A stretch of DNA of 54,230 nucleotides, the filler included, from Circinaria calcarea (Eukaryota): assembly GCA_051942165.1 (NCBI GenBank). It is 4 parts of 4 records of this genome, joined end to end, with 100 filler letters (N's around TTAATTAATTAA, not from the genome) between each part and the next. Parts side by side here need not be neighbours in the genome. Positions count along the whole stretch, not along the records: positions 1 to 13,499 come from JAVECS010000495.1; positions 13,600 to 27,096 come from JAVECS010000496.1; 2 more parts are not named here. One strand, 5' to 3'. The notes below the pieces were generated by a model. It had not been told where the DNA came from, ran no database searches, and saw only the letters and a list, made by a program, of their open reading frames with translations. The translations under genes and the position numbers were made by a program. Positions 12,738-23,899 of the stretch are shown here, in pieces; position 1 is the stretch's first letter, and the number at the start of each line of letters is the position of its first letter.

Positions 12738-13499
12738 ATGTCCCATCCGCCCCCTATAGGGCCCAAATGGCTTACCTCCGCTACTGAAAGCCAGCGCCAC
12801 ATCTGCCGCACCGCCATCGTTCTCGCCATGCAGTCGCTCCAAGAGCCTCCTGTCGAGAGGGGTTCTGCCTCTGCTGCTGGCCCCACGCCTCCCAGCGTGC
12901 CTTTTGTCGTCTCCTCCCACGAGTACAACACACCGCGCTGGGATCCGGAACCGTTGCCTTATCTTGTAAGAGTGAAATTCTTTCCCCTTCTCCTTTACCT
13001 ATCTGTCTCACTTCCCAAGTTCTCTTACTCTGGATTAGCCCCTCAATCTCTCCCCTCTCCTATCCCTTACACCAACCCTCCCCCCCTTTCCTTATCCCAA
13101 TTTTTCACTAGCAGGAAAACTAAACCAAAGGCGAGAGCCAAACCGAAAAAAACAGAACTACTCCCTCATCCACACCCTCATCACCCTCTGCCGCGCCGAC
13201 CTCGGGGCCTCGGACCTGCGCGACTACAACCGCGTCGTCAGCGCCCGCGCTGTCTACTTTGCCCGAGCCGAATCCTTCTGGCACCAGTACCGCGGCCTCG
13301 CAGACGCCTTAACAGCAACACAGATGCTACAGCAAGAGATTGAGACCGTGCAGGGGAGAATGATTCGTGAGGACAAATACGGTGACGGGGATGTAAACAT
13401 GGAGCAGGAGCAGGAGCAGGAGCACGAGTCCGAACACGAGCACGAGCACGACGCCGACTCCGCCGCCAAACACCATCCCATCCCCACTCCCCTCAACCC
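12738..13499 (+). CDS. Hypothetical protein, 3'-truncated by a gap; putative exons 12738-12965 and 13156->13499
   Basis: Donor CTT|GTAAGA at 12966 and acceptor CAG at 13155 give an in-frame PLPYL|NYSLIHTLITLCRADLG...EQEQEQEHESEHEHEH. No recognisable domain. Confidence 0.4.
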
Positions 13500-13599
13500 N
13501 NNNNNNNNNNNNNNNNNNNNNNNNNNNNNNNNNNNNNNNNNNNTTAATTAATTAANNNNNNNNNNNNNNNNNNNNNNNNNNNNNNNNNNNNNNNNNNNN
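13500..13599. other. Assembly gap spacer (44 N + TTAATTAATTAA + 44 N)
   Basis: Synthetic six-frame-stop linker, identical at all three gaps. Confidence 0.98.
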
Positions 13600-14138
13600 G
13601 AGGTGGGGAGGCTAGGGATATATACTCGTTAACAAGATGTGTTATGGCTTCATGTTCTTCGGGTAAAAGGTAGCTGGTGCAAATGGGATGGGGGGGGGAT
13701 TCTCTAGGGAAAGAGGGTGCGACGAGGTGGGGTCATCGAATAGAGACGCATGAGGATAAAAATCACAAGGCCCGAGTATATGAGAGAGCTATGGGTTCTA
13801 TTGAGAAGCTCGTATGCTACATCTTCCATCTGCCAGCTAGATGTCAAAATAGCCAGTTGCGCTAGTGTGCCATTGTTTGTGCAAAAAAAGGGGAAAAAGA
13901 GGCCAGACTCCATCTTCTATTCGACTCGATCACTATAGCCCGCGAGGACCAAAGAGTAAAAAACGCCCCAGTGGACACAAGAGTACAATCTGGACTCGCA
14001 CATCATCTTGATAGAACCACACCCATTGTGACGAACAGACGGTAGCGGAAACTGTGCGTCTGGATTCAAGCCCCTAGAGCCAAAATTGCAGAGGCCCATA
14101 CCAGGTGTATTAACTGCCAAACATAGTGGATGTATTCC

Positions 14139-15425
14139 TTACAAGGTCCAGTCCATAAGGCCGTGTATATAACGTACTTCAAGCCCAGGAGACCATGGTA
14201 CCCTTCGTAGCCAGGCAACCAACTCCCCCCATACCTTTTGGGGATCTGAGATGGTGTCTTCAGATTCAGGATCGGGCAGCGACGGAATTGGGATGGACAA
14301 ACCACACAAGGAAAGTGTTTGAAGTCCGAGGCTTTGGAGACTGGCAAAAACATCGTACCATGAGCCTGTTGATAGGAATATACAAACCAACGAGAGATGC
14401 CTTAGACTGCTTGTATGCCGTTGGAGAAAAGTGGTGAGCTCGAAGCCTTCCACGACAACGTTATCTAGGGTGAGCCGCCGCAACTTTTGCCAGGTATGCG
14501 TCCCCAAGACGGATGGTAAAATTGGTAATGCGCAGCGCAGGGAACCAATACCTATGCTCAGACTTTTCAACGGTGCCTTTTCCAACAGACGCCGGCAACA
14601 TCCTGTTTCAAGAACGTCCATTAGATAATGGTCATCGTCGTGGTCCAGTACCAGTATTAGACTGGTTACAAAGGAGAAGACATCACTTGCGAGCGAAAAG
14701 TCTACATCCGACATTTCAAGAAACCCACAGTCAAACCCTTCGGGGTCGTTTGATAACCGGAGCGATCTAGGATGAATACCGCTTCCAGCAATTGCTCGGG
14801 TAAGCATGAAAAAATCCTCGGGATTGTACGGTCCATCAGCGTGTTGACCGAACGGCATATGGCAATCCGTAAGTATACTCTGCAAGGTCTTCGGCAAGTC
14901 GACAAACACACCGTCGTTCAAATAATCCTCGGTGAAGCTGGTGGACACATGATCGAGCTTCGGAAGAGTGGAAAAAGCATTCCGAAGGCGGGTTTCACCG
15001 TTCGATCGAAGGTTCAATTGCTCCTGGCATACCGAGACACATCGAGCGTGACCGGCCTGCTTTTCATCTGCCGTGAGTTGAAGACGTCCTAAGTGGTTGA
15101 AACGGAAGCCTACAAGTTCGCCGTCTAGGTATTGAATTTCGCTGATTTGGCGAAGGTATGCCTCCTCGGTGGAATATCGATCCTCAAGCACGGCTGGGAA
15201 AAAGACGAGGCTACAGACTTTATGGCGGAGGAGAGCGTGTCTGGCAATTGCCTCGAGGTTCGCAAAGCTCGATTCTGTCATGAAAACCAAGACTTGGAAA
15301 AACAGCGAGTCTGCCGCGTAGTAGGCGAGATCCTTCGATACCAGGCGAACATGCTTTATGTCTGCAATCGATTCGATGTTCTCTAGGATGTTAATCTTCA
15401 GTTCCGGAGGTAGCTTGTCCATCAT
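14139..15425 (-). CDS. F-box domain protein with LRR-like C-terminus, 428 aa
   Basis: N-terminal MDKLPPELKINILENI..ADIKHVRLVSKDL F-box; C-terminal W.KLRRLTL..FLQRH.SSLRHLSL..GSWYDVF pattern typical of expanded fungal F-box families. Confidence 0.85.
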   Translation of the reverse strand: MMDKLPPELKINILENIESIADIKHVRLVSKDLAYYAADSLFFQVLVFMTESSFANLEAIARHALLRHKVCSLVFFPAVLEDRYSTEEAYLRQISEIQYLDGELVGFRFNHLGRLQLTADEKQAGHARCVSVCQEQLNLRSNGETRLRNAFSTLPKLDHVSTSFTEDYLNDGVFVDLPKTLQSILTDCHMPFGQHADGPYNPEDFFMLTRAIAGSGIHPRSLRLSNDPEGFDCGFLEMSDVDFSLASDVFSFVTSLILVLDHDDDHYLMDVLETGCCRRLLEKAPLKSLSIGIGSLRCALPILPSVLGTHTWQKLRRLTLDNVVVEGFELTTFLQRHTSSLRHLSLVCIFLSTGSWYDVFASLQSLGLQTLSLCGLSIPIPSLPDPESEDTISDPQKVWGELVAWLRRVPWSPGLEVRYIHGLMDWTL

Positions 15426-16423
15426 GTCCTGCTAAAGTTGCCACCACCAACATGCAGATGATCTGTATATATCCTGGCCTCAGGTGACAGTCTGGTTCAT
15501 GGAATCTTTGGCGGTTAGGCTCCGTGCAAGTCCACGGGGATGTCGGGACACTCACCATGCCATCGTCCACTGAATGTCCATCAGTACCAGCAATCCCGTC
15601 AATCACCCTCGTGTGATGTATTTCATCAGAAGTGCCACCACCCGAATGTGCAAGAAGAGTTGGCTGGAGTGGGTGAAGGGCGAGGAGGCAGGAATAAGCG
15701 GACCGAGGAAGAAAAGCGAAGTGGAGAAAAGGGAAGCCCGACCCGACCCGACCCCCAACCAATAATCGAGTAATGGACGCACGGGGATTTATCGTCGGAC
15801 ACTTTCTCCGTCTCACCCCTGGATGCTTCTCACATTCGAACCGTCTCTAGACAGCTGGCCAAACACAACAGCTCACCAGGCCATCTCCACACTTCTACTT
15901 CTTCACCCCACTATCCTACAAACCACACTTCGTCGCTGGCGTCAACGTCTGGGGCGGGGGAATACCTCATGCAAGGGGCGAGTGGTGTTCAAATTCGATG
16001 CATCGAGCCGGTGCCCTTCACAGCAAGCACGCAACGGGGAATAAGTCGACATAACCATCCTTACAACACACCTGAAGCGGTGGCCGCCTGCATAACAACC
16101 GTTGACCAATGCGGACCCAATTCATCTGCGAGTAGCCTTTCATTCCATCTATTATCCGCAACTCTCCTAGCTAACAAGCATGTCTCGAATCGAAAGAATT
16201 ACAGCCGAGTGGAAGGGAAAACATTGGTACAATCTTAGAAAGAGCACAGCGCAAGAATTCTCTTTGGTGCTGCAACTTTTATTCTCTTCCACGTCCATCC
16301 TCCTTCAACAACTTATCTCCGTTACGAAATGAGAAAGGAGAACTTTTGGTGTAGCAACATAGGTCCGAGAAGTCCAATACATACATACCTGGACGTGAGA
16401 CTGGTCCGAGTCGACGGAAAATC

Positions 16424-19400
16424 TCACATAATTTGATCTTGTCCCATACTGCCAGTCGGTTCAGCCCCTTCCATGGCATCTCCACTCCCAGCATTCATGT
16501 ACTTGACAAAGGTCAGGCCAAGAGGGCGCCCTCCGTATTGATAGCCGGTGAATTTTGCTACAATTCATTAGTCAAGGTCACTTGGGTGGAATGTAACGAG
16601 GAATGCATACAGATGGCTGTCTCGGCGTTCTCTGCCGAATCAAACCGCACCACGCCGGTTCCGCGGGAGCGGCCATTGGGTTCGTATTGGATCTCGGCTT
16701 GCTCAACCTTACCGATGGTGGTAAAGAGTTCCACGAGGTCTTCGTTGCTGGTTGACCACGGTAGCTGTCTGTATTAGCAATTATCCAGGTGTGGATAGGA
16801 GTAGCTCCAACATACGTTGCGAACGTAGATGATCTCGCTGCGCTCACCACCGGAGGAAGCGTAGTCTGTGAATGGATTGGGAGGAGCTGCAGCCGCACCA
16901 GTGTCATATGCAGCAGGAGCAGGAGCGCCATAGCCGGCTCCACCTCCACCGTACCCTCCACGACCACCAAAGCCACCTCCAAATCCTCCACGGCCACCAC
17001 CAAAGCCACCCCTACCGCCAAAGCCTCCACGGCCACCAAAGCCACCGCCGAAACCACCGCGACCTCCGCCAAAGCCACCACCTGGTGGTGCAGCGAAGCG
17101 ATCTTCACGTACTTCGAGGACGCGACTCTGCCAATCGTAGCCATTGAACTGAGCTATGGCATTACGAGCATCCTCTGCGCTTTCAAAGGCAACGATACCG
17201 GAGCCTTTGGGACGGCCGTCATGACCGATGTGGACGTCCGCGCGAATAACGGCACCTTGTTGAGCTGTGAGCATAGACCGTCAATACTCAGCTCTGACCT
17301 GCAAGGAGTATCATGCTTCGCGCCGGTTTGCGGATCTACATACCAGCTTGGCGGAATAAGTCCTTGAGATCTTGCCAGCCAACGGTATAAGGTAACTACA
17401 CATGTTGAAGTCAACAATCCACTAGTACGAGGTGCAAAGGACGCATTTTCGGGACACAAACGTTGTTGACGAAGATCTGACGTCCGCCACCAGCAGGAGG
17501 GGCTCCGCCGTATGCACCGCCATACCCACCGCGACTAGGTGGCCCCTCGTAGCCACCGCGACCAGCAGGCGGTCCAGTAAAGCGTGGCTCGGCTTCTCGA
17601 TCCTAAAACGGAATGAGATTAGAGTGGCCCATTTCCCACCCTTCGACGGGCTCCGAAAGTGATGGGCTAAACCTGGGCGTACCTCGCGAACATATACAAG
17701 TCGACCCATTAGATTCTGGTTGCTGAGCGTGCTGACGGCTTGTTGGGCTTGTTCCCGCGTTGCGTATTCCACAATCCTGTTGAGGTCAGTTGAAGCGTTC
17801 ACATTGCGGAGAGCAGGACAGAGCATACCCGCATCCCTACATATCCCACGGACAAAGTCCCAATCCGTCAATCCAACGTCCAAACCAATACAAAGCCAGA
17901 AAGACCAGCCATTTCTACACATTGGCGCCCACCTTCGACATTCCATTCGGAAGTAGCAACACGTCGGCAAAGAGAACTTCTCCAGCTGTAATGCCAATGG
18001 TCAGTTGCTTGGTGCCCCTAAGGTAGAGAAGTCGGGAAAACATAGCCTGAACATACCTTGCCTCATAAAATCCTTCAGGTGATGCCATTTCACATCGTAT
18101 GACAGATTGCCAACGTAGACACGACGTTCCTGTTGAGAAGACTCCCTCACGGAAGCCATCATTTGCTCCTTTGCTTGTGCGCGCTCCTCGAAACTACGAG
18201 CAGGGGGAACAGCACCGCCGCCACGACCGTAGCTGGCTCCCGAGCTTCCTCCGGTGGCGCCAACTGCACCACTCATGGGCGAACGAGACCTGCGATCACT
18301 CCTACGGTAGTCGTCACGGCTTCGCGAGCGGCTTCGGGGCGTGTAAGAGCGACGGCTTCGACGAGGGCTTCGAGAACGACGTCTCGGCGAACGAGATCTC
18401 TCGCGCTATACAGGATTAGCCACTGGTGAAGTCATCATCCTCAATCATTCTAGAGCGGAGGCACAGGTGAAGATGATCGTGTAGACCCGGAAATATAGAT
18501 ATCACCAGTTTCTAAATTTGGCTAGTGATTTTTGATTGAATTGTGGGCCTTGATTTACAAGCCGCAATCCTCGGCGCATCTATGCGAGTGCTCCATAGCC
18601 TTCAATAGTGCCCGTGCATGACTCGTAGGAGAATGGTGACCGGGTAAAAAGTAAAAGACTTACTGCGTAAGGACGGTAGACGTCGGCTGGTTCTAGGGAT
18701 GACAATGTGAGCGATGCAAGTCTCTTTACAGTTATGTTTAGACAAAGCCGTTGAAGCGGACGTGGCCAAATCACTGAGCTCGCTGGCGGTCCGACAAGGC
18801 TAGCTTAATAAGGGGTACTGAGGAGGAGGGAGACCAACCCATGATGAGACCTGAAGCAACGATTACCGAGGGCACGACCTGTCGACGCAACGGACCTCGA
18901 AAGAAAGATCAGAATGCTGCGTTTCCGTGCAGCTCTCACTACGGAGGCAGTGGCAGGGGTTCTTTCGGAGCGCGCAAAGATGTCTGCCCACTCTCTAGCA
19001 GATGGATCCGGATGCAAGACCGTGAGGCACCCGACCAACCAAAAGGTGTGCTATGGCTTGCAGTGATTCGGCAGGATCGGTTTCGAATTACGAGATGGCC
19101 TGATATCAGCCGTGAGTAGTTGGGCGGTGAAATTGCTGCAGATGAATTTGCCTACTTTGCCTTTCGAGAATGTTTTGAGCAGGATTTTCCTACCCGCCCT
19201 ATTCAATTCCAGGTCAGCCTCCATGATCCAATAGGATTGTTTAGCCACGCAAGCAATGCAAGGACGGCAATGCCAGTGCCCCCGGGAGCCGTGGAGAGCC
19301 GCTGCTGGCAGCTGATGAAGGGATGCCTACTTACGAGTAAGTGCGTGTTGAGGCTCGATGGTCGGGCCTTCGGGCAAAGATTCGGCCACACGAAGCAATT

Positions 19401-20529
19401 CTGCGTGGGACCAATCACTAACGCGTCGGTACACGCAGGACAGTCGAGGACGAGGCCTACCTATCACGCTCACTAAGGCACTGTATGCGGTGTGTGTGGA
19501 TGATGGAAGGCGCGAGACGGTGTAAGGGCTGAACGGAGTGGGTGTGGCTCAAAAATGGCGAAGGGGTTCATCGAGCTTGTGTTAGCGCCGATTAGACGAC
19601 GGAGCGAGTGGGGATTGGAGATTCGGGCTTTCGGGGAAAGCTGAACAGGCCCGGCTAGCGCAGAGGGAAGTCGACCAAGTCTCCCAACTTGTCAACTTGA
19701 CCGTCCTAATGCGCCCCTACTCGACTCGATTTGCGCCAATCGCCATTGTACGTGCGGCATCAAGCTTCTTGTCATTGGGTTGATGGAGTAGCAATCTCTG
19801 TTGTAGCAGTGCGAGTCACGCCGCCTGCAGGGGAGGCATAGAATATCCCTTCACGGGTAGTGAGATCTATTCGATCAAGCATGGTGGATATACAGCTTAC
19901 TATGGACGAAAGCCACAACCCCACAGGTTCAACACCAGACATCCAATTCTGGACAACAAAGCTGCCCGGTAAACCCACGGTGGCGAGACTTTGGTTCAAT
20001 GATAATGTCCAATGACCTGCCAAGAACTGCCCGCAGCTACACTACTGCATGAAGCATGCCCGTCACCGTGGAGCTTTTCAATCCTTTTAGCCCCTCGTCC
20101 AGTCATATTATCCCTTCCAAGAAAGACATGGCGACGGTATTCCTGCTTACCCTCGTACCTGGTCCTCGAGGGTACTCCCGGATGGTCGAGATAGGCGCAT
20201 GCGTGGGTATCTGGCTATCCCCTCCGATCTACCAAGGCCGGCGTTATCGTCCCGTGTACGGAGTAGGAAGGCCGATCAACGTCCAGATCTGCTGCCAGCC
20301 AGTCCCTTGAGCGCTCTCAGTCACAGTTGACTCGTGCCGTTCAAGGGATGAGAGGGGGGGGGTTTCTTCCCGAACCGCAGACGGACCGGCAGCCCCAGAG
20401 TGGTCACGTTATCGTGGGATCGATGCACGTCAAAAGGTAGCAGCGTGGAAAAGTTCTAGATAAATACGACACTGCATGGAAGAACGTAGCGTAGCACTAC
20501 TTCACTAGATGGATACCTACAGAGTACAT
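16424..20529 (-). CDS. HRB1: SR-like triple-RRM mRNA-binding protein (Gbp2/Hrb1, Aspergillus SnxA-like). 11 exons: 20529-20517, 18692-18664, 18405-18057, 17985-17933, 17836-17829, 17776-17683, 17602-17462, 17395-17344, 17264-16816, 16764-16611, 16557-16424
   Basis: RS domain (RERSRSPRRRSRSP), RRM1 (VYVGNLSYDVKWHHLKDFM..KGCGIVEY), RRM2 (LPYTVGWQDLKDLF..KGSGIVAF), RGG tract, RRM3 (LPWSTSNEDLVELF..RGTGVVRF). All junctions are GT-AG and in frame. Exons 1-2 are inferred and less certain. Confidence 0.9.
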
Positions 20530-20893
20530 GGCGGGACTTGCAGGGTAGGCACGCAAGCCTTGCAGCAAGTTCGCAGCATGTTCATCTTCAGCTCCCCAAC
20601 GGCGGCACGAAGAACCAAGCAAAAGCATCACGGCAACCCTCGGCCGTGTGGAAGTCAAAGGAGGAGTAGCAATGGAGAGTGTGGTAGCGCAGGTGGTGGG
20701 GATAAATGTGTGTCTGCAAAGGTACGGTAGCCTTATGAGGCTACACATGCATCAACAAGCTTCGGGAACGGAACGGTTCTCTTGGCATCATCTCATCTTA
20801 CCGAGTACTACCTCTACACTTACATTTGATTGCACACAACACAAGCGACTCACCTCTTCCAAAGGCTGACGAGCAGCCGACCGGTCCTAAAAG

Positions 20894-21753
20894 ATGACAA
20901 CGATTCGACTCGTGCGACCACGCAGAGCGGTCCCATACTGTCGTACCATGTCCGGAGCCCCCAAAACCATGGCATGTGCTCGACCCTACCATTCTTACGA
21001 GCATGACGAAGCACCCTATTTCAGCAGTGCCGAAACTTCGATCCTCGCCGCCGCTCTGTCCCACGTCCCATCCCACGGCTTCAGCACCACCTCAATCACC
21101 CACGGTGCCAGGGACGCGGGATACTTGGACGCCTCGACCAACCTATTTCCGAGAGGTCCGTTTGACCTCATCAATTACCACCTCGTTACTCAGCGACTAG
21201 CCCTCAAGCACCGAATTCAATTTCCCGACCAGGAGCAGGGGGTGGGGGCCAGAGTGCGCCTACTGGCTCTACAACGGCTGCGGGCGAATGAGCCGATCAT
21301 CTCTCGATGGCAGGAGGTAAAGTATCCAGTCTTCAGCCGGCTCCATATTCTTGTGTCCTATTTGCTGCCTTCAAATTTGCTCCATCAGGCCAGGGCGCTA
21401 ACACAAATCAATCCCTGCAGGGCTTAGCCGTTATGGCGCTCCCCCCCAACATCGCGCCCTCCCTCAAAGAACTCGCCAGCCTGTCGGACGAAATTTGGTT
21501 TCTAGCCGGCGACACTAGCGTCGACACCAGCTGGTATACCAAACGCGCCACACTCTCTGCCATTTATTCCTCAGCCGAAATCTTCATGACCACAGATACA
21601 TCCGCAAACTTCACAGAGACAGAGCATTTTCTCGACCGGCGATTGGAAGAAGCGAGGGTGGTGGGGACGGCCGTGGGGAACGTGGGGCAGTGGGTGGGGT
21701 TTACAGCGACGGGATTTGTGAACCTTTTGAGGAGTAAAGGAGCAAGGATTTAG
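20894..21753 (+). CDS. COQ9: Ubiquinone biosynthesis protein COQ9, 2 exons (20894-21316, 21421-21753)
   Basis: ILAAALSHVPSHGF, LFPRGPFDLINYHL, LSDEIWFLAGDTSVDTSWYTKRATLSAIY; Arg-rich presequence-like N-terminus. Confidence 0.93.
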
Positions 21754-23222
21754 GGCTCGCGCAACTGCCGCTGGTTTTCACTCCTCCCCGTCAAAAGGGG
21801 CCTGGCAGAGAGACGAGGCTCCGGTGGCAGGTCCAAAGCAGCCTCAACCTGATCCTCCTCAAGCTCCCTCTGCCTCATCAATGCGTTTTCCTGCTGAACC
21901 CTCTTCCGAACCTTTGCCCAGCTACCCCACCCTGCCCGGAAACCCTGCAACTGCATGAAAGCATGGACCAATGGCCCATTTCCGGCAGCTTTCTTGCGAA
22001 ACTTATGCCCGTCTTGGAGAAGTTGCCAAGTCAGCTCATCGGTGCCGATACCTTGATCGATCATTTCGTCGACCAGATCAGCCACAGCGTTCGGGTCCAG
22101 ATGATGTTTATAACGGATATAAAGTAGTTCGTTGTAGAACTCTGTCGAGGCACCGAGGATGTAAGAAATCGGTCCGAGATCCTTGATCTGAGGAAGAAGC
22201 ACCAAGGCATACGGTGATGCGGGGAAATGTTGACGGAAAAGGCGCATGGCGTGTAGGCAGTGTGAGGCGTAGTTTTGCTGTAGGATCTCCAGAGGCGAGA
22301 CTTTGGACAAGTTCTCTTCCCCTGTAGTAGGCGGTTTGTTTCTGTCCAAAGCCAGCTGAACCTCCTGCTCCTCCTCCTTCTTTGACTTGCCCTTAGCCTT
22401 CGACTTGGAAGCCGCCTTCTTCTTCCTATCCTCTTCCTTCAGCTGCAGGTTCATCTCCTTGACCCGACTGAAAACTTCCTTCTCCATAACTCGCCAGACC
22501 TCCTCGTCTGTCTTTGCGGCCTCCAAAAGGCTCTTCACCCGGATCAAATCCGCATGCCTCTCCATCCTCACCGTTCGGTCATGATAACCCAGCCGCTCTT
22601 CAGGTAAGGCCGTAACTTCTTCGCTCTTCGGAGTTATTCGCATAGTTCTGTACATGCCTTGCTGAGCCAGAACTACATTTGCTTTTTCGGCGGCCTCACG
22701 CAATACGGGTGGGAACCTCTCGATATCTAATGTACGCGCCGAATCATCGCGGACAGGCCCGTCCAGCTCTGTTGCCCGCCTGAGCCTTCGCCTTTGCTGC
22801 TGCCCGTCTTTTACATCCTTGATCGCGGCGTTGAAAATGCTCTCGAGCGTTTCATCGCCGTCACCGGTGAGATCATCGTCTTCATCAAAGCCGTCGGGGG
22901 CGGAAGACTGCAAGTTTAGTTTCGGGAGGCTTTTGAAGATGCGGTCGAAGACGGCGCGCTCGGAGGATGTAATGGTTGAGGTGCGGTTCCGAGGATGAAA
23001 CCCTCCGGTCTCTGTGTAGTAGTCCGCGTCAGGATGGGCGAAGTCCTCGAATGGAATATCTGGGATGGCTCGACGGGATGAAGTTGTGAATAGCTGGTGA
23101 TGGGCGTGGAGAAGTGCTTTGCGGCATCGCGAGGACGGTGTGATAATGGTCTGGGTTTGATATAGGAAGGGGAGTAGAGTATACGGCCTGGTAAAGCAGA
23201 CGTTGTGTAACTGCTTCTGCAT
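21750..23222 (-). CDS. MTF2: Mtf2-like mitochondrial protein, 490 aa
   Basis: Presequence-like LLPFLYQTQTI, STITSSERAVFDRIF, and C-terminal AKTDEEVWRVMEKEVF..PYALVLLPQIKDLGPISYILGASTEFYNELL, as recalled for the Mtf2 family. Confidence 0.7.
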   Translation of the reverse strand: MQKQLHNVCFTRPYTLLPFLYQTQTIITPSSRCRKALLHAHHQLFTTSSRRAIPDIPFEDFAHPDADYYTETGGFHPRNRTSTITSSERAVFDRIFKSLPKLNLQSSAPDGFDEDDDLTGDGDETLESIFNAAIKDVKDGQQQRRRLRRATELDGPVRDDSARTLDIERFPPVLREAAEKANVVLAQQGMYRTMRITPKSEEVTALPEERLGYHDRTVRMERHADLIRVKSLLEAAKTDEEVWRVMEKEVFSRVKEMNLQLKEEDRKKKAASKSKAKGKSKKEEEQEVQLALDRNKPPTTGEENLSKVSPLEILQQNYASHCLHAMRLFRQHFPASPYALVLLPQIKDLGPISYILGASTEFYNELLYIRYKHHLDPNAVADLVDEMIDQGIGTDELTWQLLQDGHKFRKKAAGNGPLVHAFMQLQGFRAGWGSWAKVRKRVQQENALMRQRELEEDQVEAALDLPPEPRLSARPLLTGRSENQRQLREP

Positions 23223-23899
23223 GGAATTGGAGACTTTTGGTGCTTTTCCACAGAAATACGGCTCAGATTATTTCGGACTTTAGGATTGAAGTTTGGCGTG
23301 CTCAGATAAACGCCGACGCCACAGTATATCGGAGGCCTTCCGTGTCTACGAAACTTATATTAGAGATTATCATCGGGGGTGGCAATCAGTATATAAGTTT
23401 ACATCGAAGTTTAACGATGAGAACCAAGACTTCAATTAGGCTTAGCGTAAGGCCATTCGTAGGGCAATCATTGAGAAGTCCAATACAATGTTCAATGTGG
23501 TGTTATTATTCCCTTATCGAGCTTCCATCGCCAACTCCAATGAAATCTCACTCCACTATTCTATTGCATCTCATATCCAATTAAGAGAAAATCTATTGAT
23601 CCTTCATGTCAGTTTAAGCCTCTTACTGAAGAGATGAAGATAGACTCGTTCACTCTAACGGCCAAGGTACATGAAGTTTGCGCTATGGGGTACGGCTTAA
23701 CCCTTAGTGTTGGTACGGCATCAGAACCGTGCTGATAAATACAAAGTTGCTACGGTATATATGGTACACGTCAAACGCGACATCAATTACACACGCGATG
23801 CCTATGACGTTTGTTTGCGCCAGAAAGTTACCGAATCCATCAACTAATTTCTAACTACAAAGGCAACACGAGTTCAAAATTCTAGAACTGATCTCAAAA

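Noticed and set aside
13544..13555. TTAATTAATTAA palindrome recurring three times (also 27141 and 40712)
   Set aside because: Always centred in N runs of identical length: an artificial contig linker, not a biological repeat or target site.
16789..17367. Thr/Ala-rich plus-strand ORF with TKAT repeats
   Set aside because: Antisense shadow of the GGFGGRGG repeats in the Gbp2/Hrb1 gene. The same applies to most short ORFs overlapping LeuRS, DOCK, CMR1 and the HET gene.
18841..18854. ATGATGA..CTGA resembling snoRNA C and D boxes
   Set aside because: The boxes are only 3 nt apart and lie antisense to the host intron.
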